A stretch of DNA of 21,558 nucleotides, from contig JAYEKO010000021.1 of the NCBI GenBank assembly GCA_034661055.1, forward strand, positions 1-21,558. Reading direction: 5' to 3'. Positions 14,778-21,558 of the stretch are shown one piece after another. A program made the position numbers and the translations under genes. Under the pieces are notes generated by a model, which was not told the origin of the DNA, ran no database searches, and was given only the letters and a program-made list of their open reading frames with translations. This DNA is from Campylobacterota bacterium (GTDB lineage Bacteria > Campylobacterota > Campylobacteria > Campylobacterales > Sulfurimonadaceae). Each line of letters opens with the position of its first letter. Position 1 is the stretch's first letter.

Positions 14778-16016
14778 TTAACTAATTTGATAAATAAAAC
14801 TTCCCTCACTGCACGTCTCACCATAAAGTGATAGTGTTGTGCTGGATTTTGATGGTGTAACGGTAACGGTGTCACTCCAGAAAATTTCAATACACTGTGT
14901 TGATTGAAGCTTCATATGGTGGGTATCATTATTGAAATTGTACTCTAAAAATGTAGCATCTTTTAATAGTGTGACCATCACTTTATAAGCTTCAAAGGAT
15001 CTGTACTTTGTAATGCCGTTTCTATTGTCAATGAGCCCATAGCCTGGAGCAATGAGTTGATGCCAGTAGATGGTTTTTACCATACCAGTAGAGATGGCTA
15101 AAAGATGATATCGTACCATAAAAGAAGAGTAGTCCTCATCATTAACGCACTCAAGTTCTGAGGTTGGAGCATAGGGCGCTGTGTTAGAACGTGGCCAGTT
15201 TGCTTCGGTTATAACCAAAGAGTTTGCTGTTTTAGGGCTCAGTAGCATCATGGCGTAGAGGAGTTTAATTTTTTTGACTAGGTCAAGCCCCATCTGGGTA
15301 TTTTCAGGGGCGCCACGTCTGTCAACATAGAGCAAAGAGCTAAAAATATCATAATGCACTTTGTGAAAATTAAAGAGAGTCTGCAAGGTGTAGTGGTATT
15401 CAAAATCAATAACAGCAGAACCAACTAGTGTAAGTTTGGGGTAGTGCTTCTGTTTTAAAGTCTGCGCTACCTCATAAAATTTTAAGTACTCATCCATACT
15501 AAAAAAAGCCCACTTCTTTCGGTTAATGGCATTGCCAATCTGAAATTTACATGTAAAAGGAAGCAGCTCTTTAAAAATTACATGTAAATTTTTTTCAAGC
15601 AGTTCATGGTCTTCAACATGCTCACGATCTTGTAAAATATTAACGAGAATGTCATAGCCTTTATACTCTTTAATAAAAGCTCTGTATTTGTTAAAGTTGT
15701 TCATATCGCTTAATGGAAGTCGAATAAGCAGGGTTGTGACACCAAGCTCTTCAATTAAAGGTTTTGTAATCTCAGGATTTTTATTTAAGTTAATACTCAT
15801 AGCAAAAAAGTTTTCATCAATTTTTTTAGAAGATTTTTTTAGAAGTAAAATAGCAAATAAGATTAGTGAAACAGGAGCCATAAAAAGGTTAATAATAAAG
15901 AGTTTAAAAGATGCAAAATAGAGTGTACTTTTAATAGCTTTTCTAGTTTTTTTGTCACGTATAACGTGAGGTTGATCTGAATAGCCATCCCAGTGAAAAA
16001 TATTTTTAAAATCCAT
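14778..16016 (-). CDS. Membrane-anchored glycoside hydrolase clan GH-A-like TIM-barrel protein
   Basis: One N-terminal hydrophobic segment. FQIGNAIN (beta4 position), LVITEANW (beta7 nucleophile position), IYWHQL...YGL (beta8). Confidence 0.65.
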   Translation of the reverse strand: MDFKNIFHWDGYSDQPHVIRDKKTRKAIKSTLYFASFKLFIINLFMAPVSLILFAILLLKKSSKKIDENFFAMSINLNKNPEITKPLIEELGVTTLLIRLPLSDMNNFNKYRAFIKEYKGYDILVNILQDREHVEDHELLEKNLHVIFKELLPFTCKFQIGNAINRKKWAFFSMDEYLKFYEVAQTLKQKHYPKLTLVGSAVIDFEYHYTLQTLFNFHKVHYDIFSSLLYVDRRGAPENTQMGLDLVKKIKLLYAMMLLSPKTANSLVITEANWPRSNTAPYAPTSELECVNDEDYSSFMVRYHLLAISTGMVKTIYWHQLIAPGYGLIDNRNGITKYRSFEAYKVMVTLLKDATFLEYNFNNDTHHMKLQSTQCIEIFWSDTVTVTPSKSSTTLSLYGETCSEGSFIYQIS

Positions 16017-16046
16017 TACGTATATAAACCCTTATTCATTAATGAC

Positions 16047-16059
16047 ATTATAGTATAAT
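16047..16059. promoter_or_regulatory. Back-to-back sigma70 -10 boxes for the divergent operons
   Basis: ATTATA-G-TATAAT gives a perfect TATAAT on - (16052-16047) and on + (16054-16059) within a 63-bp intergenic gap. Confidence 0.6.
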
Positions 16060-16079
16060 TGCGCCTTTAAAGGATATGA

Positions 16080-17984
16080 ATGCCCCTAGTTCGACTGTTA
16101 CTTAAATATTATATTGCTATTTTATCTATTTTTCTTGTAGGAAGAGTTGCTCTTTTTGCCCTTTACTTTGACCGTTTTAAAGATGACAGTGTTGATTATT
16201 GGATGACTTTTATTTATGGTCTGCGAATGGATATTATTTTTACTTCGATGCTATTTGTAATTCCTGTACTGCTTTTAACATTAAGCCCTGAGCGTCTTAA
16301 AAATATTGTAGCTACCTTTGTAAAATACTATTTTCTAACTGCTTTTGCTACTGTTATTTACCTTGAAAATGCAACATTTCCATTTTTTGCTCAGTATGAT
16401 GTCCGACCAAATTACCTTTTTGTAGAGTATTTGGAGTATCCAAAAGAGGTCTTTTCTATGTTGGTGGCAGACTATCTCTTTGAGTTTAGCATTGCTGCTA
16501 TTATGATAGCTGTGGCAGCAGTAATTTATTTTAAGAAGACAGGAGATGCTTTTTTACATCTGTTTGAAGTCTCTTATTTAAAACGTGCCATGCTCTTTTT
16601 GCCTTTGGCACTGCTATTGCTCTTGGGAATTCGCTCCTCTTTAGGACATCGTCCTGCCAATATTTCTGATGCGATGTATTCAGCAAATCGTATTGTCAAT
16701 GAGATTACAAAAAATACGCCTTATGCCATTGTTTATGCTATTTATGCCAATAAAAAATATGGACAAGGTAAAAGTTTAGATAGATATGGAGAGATGGAGG
16801 TTCCTGAAGCCTTAAGTCGTCTTAAAAAACGACTCAATATTCAAAGTAGTGACACTGCTTCACCTCTGCGTCGCCTTGAAACTTCGCATTTTAAAGCACA
16901 AAGTTCTAAAAACTTAGTCATATTTTTACAAGAGAGTATTGGCGGACAGTTTGTTGAGGCAGTGGGCGGAGAGGCAGGAATTACTCCACACTTTAACCGC
17001 CTTGCTAAAGAGGGGATTTTGTTTAAAGACCTTTACTCTAATGGAACACGTAGTATTCGTGGTATTGCTGGGGTAGTATCGGGGAATTTTTCTATTCCTG
17101 GTAAAGGGGTTTTGAAGCGTAATAAATCTCAAGCAGACTTTTTTACACTCTCTTCCTTGCTAGAACCACTGGATTATAAGACGCTGTTTCTTTATGGCGG
17201 CGAAAGTCGTTTTGACAATATGAAAGGGTGGTTTTTAGGAAATGGCTTTGATGAAATTATAGATGAACCAAAGTTTAATAATCCAGAGTTTGTAGGAACA
17301 TGGGGTGTCTGTGATGAAGAGGTTGCTGCTCGTGCAAATGAAGAGTTTAAAAAGCTTTATGAACAAAACCAGAAGTTTGCTGCATTGATGTTTTCAACCT
17401 CAAATCATGCTCCATTCGATTTTCCTGATGGCAAGTTTGAGCTTATTGATGGTGTTGAGAAAAAGAGTGTTAAAAATGCTATTAAATATGCAGATTTTGC
17501 CATTGGCATGTTCATAGAAAATGCACGAAAAGAGCCGTATTATAAAGATACGATTTTTGTAGTGATTGCTGATCATAATGTCAGAGTATATGGTGATGAT
17601 GTTATTCCTGTCAATATGTTTCACGTTCCAGGGCTTATTTTAGGTGATGGTGTTGAACCATTAGTGTATGATAAAATTTCAACACAACCAGATGTTATGG
17701 CTACAGCACTAGATTTGATGGGTCTAGATTTAGAGTACCCAATTATGGGGCATTCCATTTTTAGTGATGCTAAACAAAATCTCTCACTAATGCAATTTAA
17801 TTCTACTTATGGTCTTCGTGTTGATGATACCGTAGCTGTGCTGCGAGAAGGCATGAAAGCACAGACATTTACTTATGTTAATGGGCATTTAGTAGAGCGT
17901 GAGTCTGATGTTGAACTTGAAAAGGACCTCTTGGCATTTATTGTCTCACTTGATTATCTTTACAATAAAAAACTCTATAAATAG
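16080..17984 (+). CDS. LTA synthase/MdoB-family phosphoglycerol-type transferase (alkaline phosphatase superfamily)
   Basis: About five N-terminal TM helices with YGLRMD. Periplasmic domain with NLVIFLQES, GTRSIRG, TSNHAPF, YADFAIG and IADH. Confidence 0.9.
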   Translation: MPLVRLLLKYYIAILSIFLVGRVALFALYFDRFKDDSVDYWMTFIYGLRMDIIFTSMLFVIPVLLLTLSPERLKNIVATFVKYYFLTAFATVIYLENATFPFFAQYDVRPNYLFVEYLEYPKEVFSMLVADYLFEFSIAAIMIAVAAVIYFKKTGDAFLHLFEVSYLKRAMLFLPLALLLLLGIRSSLGHRPANISDAMYSANRIVNEITKNTPYAIVYAIYANKKYGQGKSLDRYGEMEVPEALSRLKKRLNIQSSDTASPLRRLETSHFKAQSSKNLVIFLQESIGGQFVEAVGGEAGITPHFNRLAKEGILFKDLYSNGTRSIRGIAGVVSGNFSIPGKGVLKRNKSQADFFTLSSLLEPLDYKTLFLYGGESRFDNMKGWFLGNGFDEIIDEPKFNNPEFVGTWGVCDEEVAARANEEFKKLYEQNQKFAALMFSTSNHAPFDFPDGKFELIDGVEKKSVKNAIKYADFAIGMFIENARKEPYYKDTIFVVIADHNVRVYGDDVIPVNMFHVPGLILGDGVEPLVYDKISTQPDVMATALDLMGLDLEYPIMGHSIFSDAKQNLSLMQFNSTYGLRVDDTVAVLREGMKAQTFTYVNGHLVERESDVELEKDLLAFIVSLDYLYNKKLYK

Positions 17985-17992
17985 GAGCAGCA

Positions 17993-18877
17993 TTGATAAG
18001 CTTTTATATTTTTAAATTTTTTGAATTTATCTTGTTTCTCTTTCCTGCTAAAAGTCGGCGTACATTTTTTCTTTTACTTTCCCGTATTGTGTATGCTGTA
18101 GATAAAAAACATAAACGTGTTATTCGTCAAAATTTAGAGTTTGCTTTTGATGAGAGTTTGTCTGATGAGAAAATTGAGAGTATAGGACGAGGATGTTATG
18201 ATAATTTACTTCTCATTGTGTTACAGGTGATGGAAAATCATCATAGTAGTGTTGAGACTATTGGTAATGATGTTGAACTTGTAAACCTTGAAGTGGTCAA
18301 TTTAGCCAAAAAGCAGAAGCGACCTATTGTTTTTGTAACGGCACATTATGGAAACTGGGAACTTGAAGGTGCAGTTATATCTGGAACAATCTCTACTTCA
18401 AATTCGGTTTACAAGGCACTCAAAAATAGCTATTTTGACACCTATTTACTTGAAGCACGTGAACGCTACACGATGAAACTTTATGAAAAACGTGGTGCCA
18501 TTCGTCATTTAAATAAAGCAGTAAAAAACTGTGAAAGTGTCTCATTGATGATCGATCAAAATGTTAAAGAAAAAGATGGCATTATTGTGAAGTTTTTTGG
18601 TAAAGATATTCGTCAGACTCCTGCTCCGGCTTTTTTGGCACGAAAATACAGTGCTCTTATTATCCCTGTTCTTATTCATCCAAATAACAATGGATATGCC
18701 ATTACTTTTTATGACGCCATTGAGGTGGATCATAGCGATGATGCCCAAGCCGATGTTTTAAAAGCCACTCAAGCACAAGCAGCGTGGTTAGAAGATGAGA
18801 TACGTCGTACCCCTGAGCATTGGTTTTGGTGTCATCGACGTTTCAAAGCAGAGTATCCAGAAATTTATAAGAAGTAA
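17993..18877 (+). CDS. lpxL: Lipid A biosynthesis late acyltransferase (LpxL/HtrB family)
   Basis: TTG start after AGGAG. Catalytic AHYGNWE, MIDQN, VKFFG, C-terminal PEHWFWCHRRFK. Confidence 0.9.
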   Translation: MISFYIFKFFEFILFLFPAKSRRTFFLLLSRIVYAVDKKHKRVIRQNLEFAFDESLSDEKIESIGRGCYDNLLLIVLQVMENHHSSVETIGNDVELVNLEVVNLAKKQKRPIVFVTAHYGNWELEGAVISGTISTSNSVYKALKNSYFDTYLLEARERYTMKLYEKRGAIRHLNKAVKNCESVSLMIDQNVKEKDGIIVKFFGKDIRQTPAPAFLARKYSALIIPVLIHPNNNGYAITFYDAIEVDHSDDAQADVLKATQAQAAWLEDEIRRTPEHWFWCHRRFKAEYPEIYKK

Positions 18878-18888
18878 AAAGGACAATT

Positions 18889-19257
18889 TTGAGAAATCAA
18901 CCTAAATACCATTTTTTTAAAAATACAGGGTATGCTCTTAATGGATTAAAAGATGTCATTATGCATGAGACTTCATTTAAAATTGAGCTTGTTCTCGCCA
19001 CTGTATTATTGCCAGTTTTAGTAATTTTAGATATTGCATTAACGTATAAACTGTTTATGTTTATGACTCTAATGGGAATGCTTATTGCCGAAGTCATTAA
19101 CAGTGCAATTGAGCGAGTAGTAGATTTAGTAACTTTAGAGCATCACCTTATGGCTGGACGCGCTAAAGATGTTGGAAGCACTATTGTCTTTTTAAGTATT
19201 GGAATTTTTGTTGTTGTCTGGTCGGTATGTTTAGCTGATTATATGGGAATCTTGTAA
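18889..19257 (+). CDS. dgkA: Diacylglycerol kinase
   Basis: TTG start after AAGGA. YALNGL...ETSFKIE, AEVINSAIERVVD, AGRAKDVGS, three TM helices. Confidence 0.92.
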   Translation: MRNQPKYHFFKNTGYALNGLKDVIMHETSFKIELVLATVLLPVLVILDIALTYKLFMFMTLMGMLIAEVINSAIERVVDLVTLEHHLMAGRAKDVGSTIVFLSIGIFVVVWSVCLADYMGIL

Positions 19258-20252
19258 TGAAAATTGCCATTGTCAAATTAAGTGCTACGGGTGATATTGT
19301 TCATGGTGCAATCGCCCTACAATTTATTAAGAAACATTATCCAGATGCTAAGATTGATTGGGTTTGTGAAAACGCTTTTAAGGGGGTGCTTGAGGGTAAT
19401 AAAGAGATTAATGCTATTCATACTATTAATCTTAAAGAGATTAAGAAAAATAGAGATTTGAGAGCGTTTATAGGTTTAATTAAAAAGCTTCGTTCTTTAG
19501 GTAGTTATGATGTTATTATTGACATGCAGGGCTTAATTAAATCTTCTATTGTTTCTCGTCTTATTGGGAAAAACACCTTTGGATTTGATGCCAATAGCAC
19601 ACGAGAATCACAAGCTTCATTCTTTTACAAAGAGAGCTTTGATATTGCTTATCATGAAAACACTATTGATAGAAATATCAATGTTATTGCTAAAGCACTA
19701 GATTTTGAAGTGACTCATGATGAGGCCTTAAACAAGGAAGCATTTCTTTTTTATGAGGGTAGTGATTTTGCATTTGATCCTTTTATGAAAGAGCAGAATG
19801 TTGTTTTTATTGTAGGTTCAACATGGCCAAGTCGGAACTATCCTAAAGAGCTATTTGCTGATCTTGCTACTAAATTACATGTAAATTGTTTGATTGCTTG
19901 GGGAAATGATGAAGAGAGAGAGGCTGCTGAGTATATTGCACAACATTCTGAGTATGCAACAGTACTTCCAAAACTTAACCTTAATGCTTTAAAAGCGCTT
20001 ATTGCTAAATCTGATTTACTCATTGGAAACGACACAGGGCCAACCCATATGGCGTGGGCAATGAATCGACCAAGCATAACTATTTTTGGGCCAACACCTA
20101 TCTCTCGTGTTCATGTGACTGAGATAAATAAAGTAGTGAAGTCCCCTTCTGTGGTCGATCCTTATAAGTTAAATAAAGAAGATTTTTCTATTAAAGATAT
20201 TTCGGTAGAAGAAATTGTAAACTTAGCACAAAAACTTCTATATAAGGAATGA
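19257..20252 (+). CDS. waaC: Lipopolysaccharide heptosyltransferase I (GT9)
   Basis: MKIAIVKLSATGDIVH, IDMQGLIKS, IGNDTGPTHMAWA, TIFGPT. TAATG coupling to dgkA. Confidence 0.88.
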   Translation: MKIAIVKLSATGDIVHGAIALQFIKKHYPDAKIDWVCENAFKGVLEGNKEINAIHTINLKEIKKNRDLRAFIGLIKKLRSLGSYDVIIDMQGLIKSSIVSRLIGKNTFGFDANSTRESQASFFYKESFDIAYHENTIDRNINVIAKALDFEVTHDEALNKEAFLFYEGSDFAFDPFMKEQNVVFIVGSTWPSRNYPKELFADLATKLHVNCLIAWGNDEEREAAEYIAQHSEYATVLPKLNLNALKALIAKSDLLIGNDTGPTHMAWAMNRPSITIFGPTPISRVHVTEINKVVKSPSVVDPYKLNKEDFSIKDISVEEIVNLAQKLLYKE

Positions 20253-20272
20253 TTTTTGCTAGTAAAATAGGC

Positions 20273-20377
20273 ATGAAACAATTTAAAAAACTTATTAAGA
20301 GACTGCTGAGGCGTAAAAAACACCGCCAACATCAAGAATATTTAATTACTAACATGTCGTATCGTATTGGAAAGTAA
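20273..20377 (+). CDS. Possible 34-aa basic small protein
   Basis: ATG..TAA frame MKQFKKLIKRLLRRKKHRQHQEYLITNMSYRIGK fills most of the intergenic gap. TAAAAT at 20263-20268 lies just upstream and there is no good RBS. Confidence 0.35.
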   Translation: MKQFKKLIKRLLRRKKHRQHQEYLITNMSYRIGK

Positions 20378-20402
20378 GAGTTAAACACAGTCCAGAGTTG
20401 AT

Positions 20403-20672
20403 TTACTCTTGCTCTCTCTTTTTAGACTTTGAAAATCCTGCACCTTTTTTTGTCTTTGCTTTGAGCCCTAGCGCTTGGATTAGTTCTCTGTAGTCTTTAC
20501 CTTCAGAATGAAGTGCCGCAAAACAGGTTGCAATTACGGCAATGGTATTAGGCACCTCACCTTTTTTCTTATATGATTGTATATTTTTATCACTTACTTG
20601 AATGAGACGGCTAAATTTTGGTAGTGAAATCTCAGCGTCAAGCAGTTTCTTTTTAAATTCAATAAATTCCAT
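20403..20672 (-). CDS. Small Cro/XRE-like helix-turn-helix protein
   Basis: EFKKKLLDAEISLPKFSRLIQVSDKNIQSYKKKGEVP fits the XRE HTH spacing. Basic C-terminal tail. Confidence 0.6.
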   Translation of the reverse strand: MEFIEFKKKLLDAEISLPKFSRLIQVSDKNIQSYKKKGEVPNTIAVIATCFAALHSEGKDYRELIQALGLKAKTKKGAGFSKSKKREQE

Positions 20673-20725
20673 AGTTGCATTTTAGCATGAATATCTATAT
20701 TTTATTACTAATTACTATATTTTTC

Positions 20726-20755
20726 TTGACATTTGCAGTATAAAATATATATAAT
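20726..20755 (+). promoter_or_regulatory. Consensus sigma70 promoter for the Lys-rich gene
   Basis: TTGACA (20726-20731), 18-bp spacer, TATAAT (20750-20755). RBS AAAGGAG at 20773-20779. Confidence 0.8.
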
Positions 20756-20784
20756 GGTAATATATTATTACTAAAGGAGCTGTG

Positions 20785-21018
20785 ATGGCTAAAGAATTAA
20801 AGAAAAAAGTTGTAAAGAAAGTTGCTAAAAAAGCTGCAACAAAAGTTACTAAAAAGAAAAATGTGAAGAGTGTTGCTAAAAAAGTGACAAAAGCAGTGAT
20901 GAAAAAGAAACCTACTGCTAAGAAAGTAGCGAAAAAAGTTGCAAAAAAAGTTGCAAAAAAAGTAACTACTAAAAAGCCAGTTAAAAAAACAGTAGCAAAG
21001 AAAAAAGCTAAAAAATAG
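20785..21018 (+). CDS. Histone H1-like Lys/Val/Ala-rich protein
   Basis: 77 aa with 36 Lys and a single acidic residue. (KKVA)n repeats with synonymous codon variation. Strong promoter and RBS. ATG 20785 is better spaced from the RBS than GTG 20782. Confidence 0.8.
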   Translation: MAKELKKKVVKKVAKKAATKVTKKKNVKSVAKKVTKAVMKKKPTAKKVAKKVAKKVAKKVTTKKPVKKTVAKKKAKK

Positions 21019-21053
21019 ATATTTTTTAATCTTTTTCAAAATTTAGGTTTTTA

Positions 21054-21335
21054 ATGAATATTTTTAGCTCTATAATCAATAAGTTCAACTCAAAAGATAG
21101 AAGAGTTGTGCAGTCTAAACAAGAGAAAAGAGAAGAGATAATTGTTAATTATGAAAAGAGACTTCATGATGCCTTGCTTCCACTAAAAGCAGATCAAGAA
21201 GTCTTTATAGAACGAAAGAGTGAACTTCTTAGAGCTTTTAGTGTCGAACTATCACACAATATATTTTTTGACAAAGATGAGATACGTGGCATTATAAGAG
21301 AGTTGGCTCATTACGAGCCACAACAATTATCTTAA
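21054..21335 (+). CDS. Hypothetical helical protein
   Basis: 93-aa ORF with a protein-like charged helical composition. No family recognised. Confidence 0.65.
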   Translation: MNIFSSIINKFNSKDRRVVQSKQEKREEIIVNYEKRLHDALLPLKADQEVFIERKSELLRAFSVELSHNIFFDKDEIRGIIRELAHYEPQQLS

Positions 21336-21457
21336 AATCCACATTCAAATCATATCCTAGGAGCTTATCAAAACTCAATCTATGCTGAAAATAGTAAATT
21401 GAAAATGCTGTTCTTCTGCCAAGGAACAGAGATAGTGATAGTTTTAAAAACTAATCA

Positions 21458-21558
21458 CTATTTAGAATGTCTAATGTTCTTTTCTTCTTGAAGCATACTA
21501 TTTAAGTTTTCAATAACTTTAACAGATGCCTCTTCCGCTGATTTAAAATATGTCATAA
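21458..21558 (-). CDS. 3' end of a CDS running in from beyond the window, possibly a chemoreceptor/CZB-type C-terminal helix
   Basis: Open frame ...MTYFKSAEEASVKVIENLNSMLQEEKNIRHSK* ends at TAG 21460-21458. EEASxxVxxxL resembles the last CZB helix, but the fragment is too short to be sure. Confidence 0.45.
   Translation of the reverse strand, partial: MTYFKSAEEASVKVIENLNSMLQEEKNIRHSK

Noticed and set aside
2876..20077. Short overlapping ORFs (2876, 4571, 7185, 11017, 12203, 13935, 14397, 14431, 15688, 16926, 17400, 18542, 18897, 19838)
   Set aside because: They are antisense or alternate-frame shadows within well-supported genes and have no recognisable motifs.
20797..21039. Phe/Cys-rich 80-aa minus-strand ORF as a membrane peptide
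   Set aside because: It is the antisense mirror of the AAA/AAG-rich histone-like gene, which has the promoter and RBS.
21408..21429. Short hairpin CTGTTC...GAACAG between convergent genes as a terminator or sRNA
   Set aside because: The stem is only about 6-8 bp with no clear U-tract, too weak to call.
1..21558. Phase-variable homopolymer tracts, tRNA/rRNA, IS elements
   Set aside because: No long poly-G/C tract was seen, and A/T runs are expected at this composition. No RNA-gene or transposase signatures were noticed.

Overview
AT-rich bacterial DNA, probably Campylobacterota (Sulfurimonas-like). This is an inference from the waaC/lpxL sequence style, AAGGA ribosome-binding sites and TATAAT-type promoters. 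There are three blocks. (1) 104-11512: twelve consecutive genes that all carry predicted export signals. They include a small secreted protein built from two charge-complementary 32-aa beta-rich repeats, a second secreted protein with degenerate copies of the same motif, two paralogous CsgG/HfaB-like lipoproteins (one fused to a degenerate OmpA-like domain), an ankyrin protein that appears to start at ATT, two YcfL/DUF1425-like proteins, and a divergent pair ending in a protein with a duplicated CsgG-like + FlgT-C-like module. This is the best candidate for an undescribed system: a non-canonical curli/holdfast-like fibre secretion locus. (2) 11520-20252: a divergent LPS/surface-glycan modification cluster (SGNH-like protein, MBOAT, Kdo/WaaP-type kinase, GH-A-like protein // LtaS-family transferase, lpxL/htrB, dgkA, waaC). 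(3) 20273-21558: a possible basic sORF, an HTH-like gene divergent from a histone-H1-like Lys-rich gene, a hypothetical gene and the 3' end of a minus-strand CDS. I saw no rRNA, tRNA, CRISPR array or mobile element. All family calls come from motif recognition by eye, not from database searches.
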